64,000 bases of DNA, from NCBI RefSeq assembly GCF_001194135.2, contig NC_068999.1:20626939-20690938 (forward strand), in the 5' to 3' direction. Under the pieces are notes generated by a model. The model saw nothing but the letters and a program-made list of their open reading frames with translations. It was not told the origin of the DNA and did no database searches. How positions within the stretch are numbered: the stretch's first letter is position 1; every line of letters begins with the position of its first letter. Below, piece after piece: positions 54,505-64,000 of the stretch. The DNA is from Octopus bimaculoides. Lineage: Eukaryota. The position numbers and the translations under genes were made by a program.

Positions 54505-54507
<3 letters not shown>
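54141..54507 (+). mobile_element. Composite retroelement: inverted tail copy (54141-54248), tRNA-like Pol III head (54251-54318), (AAT)n, body and hammerhead-bearing tail (54408-54507)
   Basis: A box TGGCGTTGTGG (54251), B box GAGTTCGATTCC (54294-54305). Motif GACAC-ATGATGA-T-GGCTG-loop-CAGCC-GAAA-CGT-T-GTGTT. A 28-bp perfect inverted match links 54204-54231 and 54431-54458. Confidence 0.75.
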
Positions 54508-54552
<45 letters not shown>

Positions 54553-54834
54553 ATATATATGTGTGTGTATAGGCATGCAATTTAAAAATAGGATAAAATC
54601 TTTATAAAAATGTGTCAAGTAGTCAGCGTGAAAAGCCTCATAAGGGAAAAATTACTAATTATTTCCCTTAAATATATCTGTTTATATTAAGGGTATTACT
54701 ATACATAAATGCCTCACGCTACAGGAGTTGCATTCCCCGTGTTCGGTAGAATGTGTTTATTATGGTAGCTTTGTGTTTAAGAGTCCCTCGTAGCTTGAGG
54801 CATTTATGTATAGTAATGGCCTTAATATAAATGA

Positions 54835-54875
<41 letters not shown>

Positions 54876-54974
54876 ATACAAAGAATATATATACATGTAT
54901 ACACACATATATGTACATACTTACATCTACATGTGTATATACATGCATATCAGGGTACAGGACGTTAGAACAAT

Positions 54975-55130
54975 AAACTACAGACAACGGAACGAACACA
55001 TAGGAAAACGGAAAGCCCCTTGGAATATCCCTTCATCAGCTGTCTCTATTCTATCCAGACGTTTCGAAGACCAGACAGGACGTACTCTAGAATAGTCTCT
55101 TCCTGAGTAGTGGATCAACCAACTACACAG
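54975..55130 (-). mobile_element. Penelope-like pseudo-LTR remnant with a degenerate hammerhead motif
   Basis: Minus strand reads ATCCA...GAAGAGAC...GTCTTC-GAAA-CGT-C-TGGAT, followed by a second CTGATGAAGG core. Confidence 0.45.
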
Positions 55131-55272
55131 NNNNNNNNNNNNNNNNNNNNNNNAAAACAACATTCAAAAGCCGTACGGCCAAACGCAAATCTGAGGTAGA
55201 ACGCTAGTAGTTCGTCTTGCCTTCACAGCGGCTGGAGTGAAAAGAAAGCTGACCACAGGTCACACGAGAGCA

Positions 55273-55515
55273 GAGAGGATGGGGAGGGAGGAAATGGAAC
55301 AAGGAGGAAGGGACAGAAGCAGTGAAGTAGAGGCCAGGACAGAAGGGTAGATAGGAAGATAGAGGAAGACAGATAGATAAATAGATAGAGAGGATGGTGG
55401 AGGGAGGAAGTGGAACAAGGAGGAAGGGACAGAAGGGTATAGCAGTGAAGTAGAGGCCAGGACAGAGGTATAGATAGAAAGATGGAGGGAGACAGATAGA
55501 TAAATAGATAGAAAG
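55273..55515. repeat. About 115-bp purine-rich tandem duplication
   Basis: GAGAGGATGG...GGAACAAGGAGGAAGGGACAGAAG...CAGTGAAGTAGAGGCCAGGACAGA...GACAGATAGATAAATAGATAG occurs at 55273 and 55388. Confidence 0.85.
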
Positions 55516-57379
55516 ATATATATATATATGTATGCATATATATACCATACATAGAGAGACAGACAGACAGAAAGAGACTTATGCAGAGCGAGAAGGGGAG
55601 AGAGGGAAAGAGATGCGGAGAATTGAAAATATTTTTAAAACATCAAAGCGGCGAGCTGGCAAAATCTTTAGTGGTCTTCGAATATACGCCACGTTCTCTC
55701 CCAGAAACATATGATAGTCACACTTTACCGTTTCCACTATCACTAGAGTAACCTCTACGTCTTTGATCTGGCTGGTTTTGTGTCACCTCACCTCCGTTCA
55801 CTTTCTCCCAACTCACTTCTTTCTCGACCATATAATATCAATCTCAAGATTATCAGTACCGACTCTGACCAGGCCTTGTCATCAAAATTTAAGTTTGCTT
55901 GAATTACATGCTTAACGATATTTTTCTTGCATCCACCAACTGAAAAGTATCCTAGCAGTAACTCAGCTGCGACAATCTTGTTAACCTCAGAGGGCCTACT
56001 GTTTCTATGGCAACAGACACATTCTCCTGTCCCACCTCCAATTCACTTACTTCGTCTTACTAGTCAAGGTACATCTTCGGAGAACTAAATTTGATTAATT
56101 GAAACTCATTGCGTAACAATATATGTAACATTCTAATGTTTTTCTTAAAGCTTGCTTCGAGAATTAAGCAAATACATAATGAATGCCATACGATTGTCAT
56201 TCCTGCACTTTTCTTGTTACCCATCCCAAATTTTAACAAATATTTATTTCGTATTAACAAGAGAGTTTCAAAGCTATCACTCTTCAGATAGGTATGCAAT
56301 AATTTATCCCCAAATCACACCGCACTGTCCTAAAAAGAAAGGAAAAGACGCATTGTATAATGCTGTTGAAATACAATACGTCTAGAAATTATGTTGTATG
56401 GCCATCGATAGATTATATTTTATTATTTCTCCATTCCATTGAGACTCACTCGCAGAAAACAATAACAGAAACAAATATTAATTTCTAAATTTAGTACAAT
56501 GTGACAAATTGACAATAAGATATAATCGATTAAATGAAATTGAGTACATTAATGTTTGTAATTTTATCGATCACGTATACAGAAAAGTATCAATTAACCA
56601 TTTCCAGGAATTTTTGACAAGACAAAAGTTAATGACGAAATTTTTCTTTTACAAAGAAATCACTTTCTATGTAAATTTGATTTAATATTCTCATACTATT
56701 TCAGGTAATATTTAGTTTCTGACAACATATTTCGATTAAGTACAAACAAACATATTTGAGAATTATATATTAACATATTTGTTGTTGCTGTTTTTAATTA
56801 ATATGGATTTAAAATTAAATGTATACATTGATCTGTTTTGAAATTACTGAAGAAACAGAGAGCGTTGGAGATATCAATGTATAAAAGATGAGTTTACTCT
56901 TTGCTTTTTTATGCTAAATATAGAAGATTAAGCAATAAATATGGATATGCAATATTAATGAAAACTGACATACACGGGTACATATGGATATGACATACAA
57001 ACTCACATACAATGCTGAAGACTATGATACAACGATGAAGCTTAGCAACGTCCACGCACAGCAAAGTCAGGTGAAAATAATATCAGACATATGGCTAGAG
57101 TTTTCTCCCCTCATTTGCATTAAAGATTTTTTTTTTCAATTTTGATGCAAGTACAATTTTACTAACTTCCACGAACCATTGTGCAAAATTGGATATTTGG
57201 AACTGATATAAAATCGGTAAAACTGAATTCAAATGAAGTCCAATTGAATTTTGATAGATCCTTAGGAAACTGAGCCTGAATTCAAACACTTCAATCTTTC
57301 CACTCATGCTGTGAAACTATGAGGCTATTTTCAATGTTTTTCATTCAACATTTTCCACTCATTCACATACAAAAAAAAC

Positions 57380-57680
57380 TTACTGGGCACCATATCGGGC
57401 ATTGAGAGGAGTGTAATCACCCGCACTGGTGGTGGTCAACTTTACCATTCAAGACTTGGATAATAATATTCTTCTTCTATTCAGATGGTATGATGCTGCT
57501 GTTCTAAATTCAGCAGATGATCTGCCCCAAGGGCAAGACTCTAGTAGTCACACGTTTCATCATCATCTCCCCATGAATGCTGCAAACACCGGCTGCCTTC
57601 TCGACCCTCAGTTGATTTACCACCATATGAACCTCATCTCCGGGCAGCAGATCACAGCTGACTGGGTGTGTCCTATTTGC
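57380..57680 (-). mobile_element. Non-LTR retrotransposon (RTE-like) reverse transcriptase fragment, decayed
   Basis: HPVSCDLLPGDEVHMVVNQLRVEKAAGVCSIHGEM...SIIPSE*KKNIII..LNGKVD...ITLLSMPDMV matches the K(A/S)AG...E, P.DW...I.P..K.K and RGI.LLS..GKV motifs. Confidence 0.8.
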
Positions 57681-58753
57681 TACTGAATAAGTATCACAAA
57701 GAACAAGGTATAAAAATGAAATAATAGTGAAAACAAGAGAAAGAATGACTGAACGTGGGGAAACAGAGAGAATGCTCACAGTGATAAGGAAGGCCATTCA
57801 TACGTGAGCAAAATCACTGGGAGGCACTGAGCTCTTTACTTTATTAAATTTATAGCTCACAAATGTTCTCACTGATTTCGCCCAACCTATGAATTACAAC
57901 TATCAATAGCCAAAGATTACGTTTGTCATGTGATCATAGAACATTCTTTGTTGTTATCAACAGAAGAAATCCTTATATAATTACATTTGATTCTAAGCAC
58001 ATATGTTTGCGCAAATCTATTATTAATCGTATATATTTATATTGACACTATTACGCCTGTTCTCCGATTAAATATACTGCACAGATGAGTAATTACGTAG
58101 TTATTGCAAACGCAGAAACTATTGCACGCATAAAATATATTTTAATCTACTTTTACTAATGCGTTCATTCATAAACGTGACCGCAAGCTATATATATATA
58201 AACAAACAAAAATAGATGTATACACATGTGCATGTGTATATATATATGTATGTACATATATACATTTATATATATATATATGTATATTTATATATATATA
58301 TATATATATATAGGTTCAAAAAAACAATAACAAAAAACNNNNNNNNNNNNNNNNNNNNNNNNNNNNNNNNNNNNNNNNNNNNNNNNNNNNNNNNNNNNNN
58401 NNNNNNNNNNNNNNNNNNNNNNNNNNNNNNNNNNNNNNTATATATATATATATATATATAGTATTAATGTTTGTTTTTAAGTCAAGTTTTAAAAACAATT
58501 TAACATTAAACTGAAGAACTACTGAATAATGTTTGTAGAGTACATATTTATTATATTTTTACAAGAAGAATAACTTCAAAATTTTGATCTGCTTGCCTTG
58601 ATGAGATACTTAGAGATAGGCTACCAGGATGAATCTTCAAAGTCACTCTTTTTGGAGTATAATAATAATATACAGTTTGACACAGCTGCACATGACTTAA
58701 ATTATGTGTGTGTTTAGGGCACATTTATCTCATAAGTGCTTGGCAAATTCTGC

Positions 58754-58812
58754 CTAGCATCTGATGATAAAATGGACATGTTCTATGTGTCCATGAAATT
58801 TAAGTCATGTAG
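58754..58812 (+). ncRNA. Candidate minimal type I hammerhead ribozyme with near-palindromic stem III
   Basis: CTAGCAT-CTGATGA-taaa-ATGGACA-tgttctatg-TGTCCAT-GAAA-TTTAA-GTC-ATGTAG: intact core, 7-bp stem II, GUC triplet, stem I CTAGCAT/ATG-TAG. A 4-nt insert follows A9. Confidence 0.55.
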
Positions 58813-59689
58813 AGCTGAGTCAAACTATTATTAAAAATATGTAACTCCTACTAAATCAGTTGTGTGCTGCTTTCTTTTGTTTGTTAAATTACTCAGTATG
58901 AACTGAAAAGATATACGGTGCACACCAATGTAAGAAAAAATTTTTGTTTTCTTTCACCTTTTTGGCACAATTTTACTTTTCTAAGATATCTGGAAGAAAC
59001 AACTGCACAGGTTGTCAGCAGGATTTACTCATGAAACATATCCTTAAAATAGATTTATTGAAATATTCATGGCTGATATAAAGCAGAATATGAGGTATAG
59101 TAAACTAATTTGAAATGATGCTGGTTTTAAGCAAAAATTCTTCAGAACAGAAATTCTCTATGGTAAAAGGACTCAACTATTTCAGAAATAAAAGTTAAAT
59201 CACAGAATTGACACTATATTAATATTCGTCAAAATATATTTCTGAGCAAAGGCTAACAAAAGTTCTTAGACCTAACCTAAAGTTTGAGCAATAATACATG
59301 CACACACAGACATACACACATATATATACTTAGAAGCATACACTTCAGGAGGCAGCAAGGAGGGGCTTAGGTCAGCAGGAACAGGAAGAGGTTGTGCCCA
59401 TGGTCGCTGACCTTTGCAAGTCAACACCTGTGGGAAAGGCAGAGGGAGATGTTCTGGGAATAGTGGTCTGTGTGGGACAAGGGTGTGTTGCACACAGAAA
59501 GGTAATGAGAGGACTTGAGACAAGTGGGTAAAGAATATCTGATTGATGCTGGCATAAGACCAACCAGTCCCAAGGAGCAAAGGCCAATATAGTAACAGTA
59601 GAAAAGAGAGAAGACAGCAGACTTGTAGATCTTGAGTTTAGTCCCACTTTGCAGCATCTTGGACATCTTGTTACAAGGGATTGGCTGGC

Positions 59690-59870
59690 CTGGGGCTGCC
59701 CAATGCCTTCTGAGAGAATTTGGTAAACTGAAATTGCACAGGAACACACCCACATGTACATGTGTGTGTGTCTTATACTTGATACCCGGTATTGATTTGT
59801 TTATATCCTTGTAACATTAGTGGTCTGGTGAAAAAAGAGAATGTTAGAATAAGTAGCAGACTTAATACTA
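59690..59870 (+). mobile_element. Old, CpG-decayed SINE family B-related copy
   Basis: GAGAATTTGGTAAACTGAAATTGCACAG-(TG)n-CTTGATACCCGGTATTGATTTGTTTATATCCTTGTAACATTAGTGGTCTGG...GAATAAGTA aligns to family B with TG/CA at its CG positions. Confidence 0.6.
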
Positions 59871-62741
59871 AAAAAGCTTCAAGGTGGTGTTCTTGCATGA
59901 TCTCGCGCGTGCGTGCATGTGTGTGTGTGCACATGCACACATCTGCAGCAGCATACTGATCTTGACACACTTTTCATTCTCATCACAAATGCAGTGAAGC
60001 AATGAATGTCATCCTCATCATCATCTAATACGTCTTCCATGATGGTAGGATCCAATGAACTGGAGAGTTGCATCAAGCACCAATGTCTATGGATTGTCTT
60101 CCTAATGCTAGCCACTTCACAGTGTGTACAGGGTGCATATTTTGTGACACTGGCACTAGTGAGCTTGCCAGATAACCAGTTGAAAACTTGCAACCAACAA
60201 CATTGTATTTCACAAATTGTCACAAAGACAAGAACAAAATTCTTTTGGTGATGACAATCAGTCGTTATCTTAAAGCAATTTTCTATGTGTAGATTTGTTA
60301 ATTATAACCATGTACCTCTATGAACATACACAAGATTATTTTTGTCAATTTTGGCAAAACAAGTTCATTTTACAGCTAGTTATCCCTTCTACTACAACCA
60401 TTGTTTGTCAAATTCAACTATAATAACTATATCGATTATGAATATATAAGATGATAAACATGAGTTTTGTGCTGTTTATGAAGGAATTAAGAGAAGTCCC
60501 CCAACACACACACACTCCATGTGGTTATTAATAAGTGTGGAAATCTGCCTTTGTTTCAGACAATGGGGAAAAACAAGTTAAACAGTATCAGATAAAAAGT
60601 GAAGTTCTAAAATGAAAAAATAAAGCATTTTTCAATATATTTAACAAATGAATCTGTTTCAGTAAGACTCCACAATCAATATAATTAAACCCTTGTCAGT
60701 CAACTTCACAGCTATTCTTATCCTATTTTTCTTACCTCATTCAGCTTTGGCAAACACGAGTTCCATTACTACTTTTGGAAGAAAGGAAAACAGACAGAAA
60801 TAATTGGTTTCTAGACTGACACACTAAAAGTCACAGTTACTAAAATTGGTAAAGTTTTGGAATCCCTGTTCCTCAGAGTCTTACACCTGATGAAGAAACA
60901 AAAGAACAGTTATCCTTCTTCACTTCTATCTTTTAGTATTCCAGTGTTTCACACAAAAGAAATTACGAGTTTATAAAAAAAAAGTAGGGCAATAATTTTC
61001 CCCAATAATTGCATTTTTTTTGCATTTTTGCCTTCTACTCTCCTTTCATACTTTTTGGTGGTATAATGACCTTATGTGTAGTTGCTGGATTATCAGATAT
61101 GAACCTGTACAGAAGTATATTTGATACCACAAGGGCTACTGTAAGATGGTGCTCTGTCCACAAATTCTGTGAACGTAAATATGTGCTCCTGATAACAAGT
61201 CTGTACCTTCTCTATGTTTCCAGCCATTTCACATTGTTATATTTTATAGATTTGTCTGCACATGACTAATGTTAAGAGAGCCACAAAACCCTTTAAAATG
61301 ATGAACTAATGAAGCAATCTGTTGAATAAAGTGTCCATATGGAAATAAACGGAGGAGGACGAGTAGATTATGAAAATATTTAACATTACATTTACAAGAG
61401 GAAGACTACGATGAGTGGACAGTAAACAGAAGAAATGTGGATTTAAATATATCCTATTCACTAAAGCCTAAGACAGAGAGAAATATGACCTTAATAACCA
61501 TTATTACGAGTTATTTACATTGATAGAAACTATAAGACTTGTTTTAAATTCTAGCACTTCCTAACATTAACTATTTTAGCAGTGTTATTTCCTATCTTTC
61601 CAACAGAACACACAACCACCACAACGATTCTTATTGTAATTGCATGTAAGAGCGACTTAAACATGATTAAATCGGAAATTCCCAACAGAAGTAATAAAAT
61701 AATATTGAAAATATAATGGGATTAATAAGAGAACTAAATATAAACAGTATTTCCACATGGTGAGAATCACGACAACGATGACTACCACCACCAGTAATAC
61801 TAGCACCAACTCAATTATTATTACCTCTTTCACTATTCTTATTATAGTTTTCATTTATTATTAACTCGAGGTAGATAAAAATAGGCACCATTCAATCAAA
61901 TATAAAATATCTGTTTAGTGAATAATCAAAAATTCATTTTAATTAATGAGAAATACTGTTGCCTTGTTCAGTAATGAAGGACAATAAAAACAGATGGTCA
62001 AAACATCATGAAATGGTAAAAACAACTATTGTCAAGACAGATTGCAATATTTCTTATTTTCCGACTTTAAATCGAGGTTCTTTTTTTTTCCCCTTAGCAA
62101 TAAAATAATAGGAAGACAAGACAGTACAATATAATCAGCTGTACACATTAAGTTTAAGATTAATCAAAATAAATAATTACGTTAATTACTGCAGAGAAGG
62201 GCATTAACAATAACAAAACATCAGGACCTAAGAACAAAACATTAACGTATGGTGTATGGTTGAGAAAATAGCATTTCAAAACCCAGTTATTGATAAATAT
62301 AGCATGAACATCACAACATCTCATTTACTAATGACAGTCCTAAATACATCGCTACATTTTACACAAGACAATCCATTTTTAGTGGCTCCAGTGTGGAAAT
62401 GTTTGAATCAACTGTACATATGGTTGTCTTTGATGTCCATCAAATGAGTTTTTTTTTTATGTTTTAGAGTTTAACAACAGAATGAATGAATGACAAACCT
62501 TGGTCATCCCAGGTCAATAACAACAAACATAAAAACGATACTATAAACTTTACATTCCCCTCTCTCAATCATTGCTAATCGACGAAGAAAGCAAATCAAT
62601 TCCACGAGATCGAATTTATCAATCATCACAAAATAAATCGTTTCTCCACATTGGACCGAATCTGAAGGCTCAGTTTCAAGTCGTCATTAAATTTGCATCC
62701 TAGATCGCCTTCCTCTACAAAGAAACTATTTTATGTACTTT

Positions 62742-62870
62742 TGAGGTCAAATTTGCCTTTCATCCTTTCGAGGTCTATAAAATAAATACCAGTGAAAAAC
62801 TAGGGTCAATATAATCGACTTAAGTCACCCACCTAAATTTACTACCCTTCTGCCAGAATTTGAAGGCATT
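62742..62870 (+). mobile_element. SINE family A, core and tail
   Basis: GGTCAAATTTGCCTTTCATCCTTTCGAGGTCTATAAAATAAATACCAG. Confidence 0.75.
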
Positions 62871-63671
62871 ATTTTATGTACTCACAATAGAACCCAAAAT
62901 ATTTTTTACATAGAAACACATGAAGTCTGCGAGAAGGACTTCTAAGATGCCCACTATTCCCAAGAGTATTTACCCAGGAAATAGTTTCGTTTCAGAAAGG
63001 AACGATTATGGATTTGATTAACAATATATTTTAACACAACACCACACCACAGTAGTAATTATTTTGCTGCTTATGAATGTTGAGTGATAATTTGTGATGA
63101 AATAAGTGGGACAATTTAGCATGATTATATAAATTATTCTAATGATTTATATCATAATAATAAACAAAAAAAATCTCTGTCCTTTCATAATAGAGAATAT
63201 TAGGGCAAACCGAGAAAAAGTGATATTTCAATATTACTGTTGTGCTATTATTGGAAATCTATACAAATCTAGTCTTTTAAAATGGCTGAATTTTCGATGT
63301 AAAGATGTAAACAAATTCATATTTTTATTAAGATGAAAAATCATTTTTTTAAGGATGTCTGAAGATTAAATTTAAATAAAATTAACTCGCTAAGCTGAAT
63401 TCTTAATGAAAATTTATTGCAGACTGTATAGATATTTTCTATTACATATGAACTAAAAAATAAAGAACTCTATATGAAATGTAAACTATAAGACCTTAGC
63501 TAAGTCTTTTAAAGAAAAGAATTAATAATTTTTGTTCATAAATAATCTTCCTATGGAAAGATTAAGTTTCAATTACTTTCGCTTTTATTTCGTTTAAAAA
63601 GTGTGTTGGCTCAGCAGTATCTTTAAAATGATGCATAAAACATCTTGCGATATTTCTTTCATTTTATTAGG

Positions 63672-63800
63672 CTCTCAGTTCAAATATAGTTAAGAGAATG
63701 TACTCCATGCCTCCCGGATCAATAAGACATAGTACCAGATGAGTACTGGTGTCGAGAAAATTCAGGAACTTCCTTCTCTAGATTGCTGTTCTGCCTATAT
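63672..63800 (+). mobile_element. Highly degenerate SINE family A
   Basis: CAGTTCAAAT...AGTACCAGATGAGTACTGGTGTCGA. Confidence 0.45.
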
Positions 63801-64000
63801 GAGAAAGTACTTTTCTTTAGAAAATTCCTCTTGCCTTACTTTCAGTTTCATTTAGCGAGAATGAAACAAAATATGTTGATTTATACATTCTGTAGTTCTT
63901 AATGTTGTGATTAATATTAAGTGCGATACTTCGAATAACTAGGGAAAAAATGAATGAATAATGATTCAGAGTAATAATTGGCCTAAATATATAACACAGG

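Noticed and set aside
56255-56292. Minus-strand CTGAAGA-GTGATAGCTTT-GAAAC motif
   Set aside because: Stem II does not pair adequately; indistinguishable from chance.
60880-60920. CTGATGAAGAAAC motif
   Set aside because: No stem II or cleavage-site geometry.

Overview
AT-rich eukaryotic genomic DNA with about 20 assembly gaps, most flanked by (TA)n, and a very high microsatellite load. The repeat families (tRNA-headed SINEs with a CORE-like domain, RTE/BovB-like LINE, mariners, K02A2.6-like Gypsy, Penelope-like elements) fit an octopus genome. That assignment is by recognition, not a database search. I cannot support any host protein-coding gene; the window looks intronic or intergenic. Recognisable coding remnants all belong to mobile elements: an RTE 3' end with two C2H2 fingers (932-1292), a maT/rosa-like Tc1/mariner deletion derivative (2232-3059), two DD34D mariners with TIRs (22755-24092, 37474-38590), a Gypsy RT-RNase H block (44370-45810), a non-LTR RT fragment (57380-57680) and a Penelope GIY-YIG end with inverted pseudo-LTRs (30814-31747). 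The most interesting signal is RNA-level. About ten minimal type I hammerhead-ribozyme-like motifs from several unrelated families are scattered across the window, often inside inverted or fold-back structures abutting (TA)n. One of them (54141-54507) joins a Pol III tRNA-like head to a hammerhead-bearing tail with a Penelope-style inverted tail copy, i.e. a candidate Penelope-mobilised ribozyme SINE. All alignments and folds were read by eye; none was computed.
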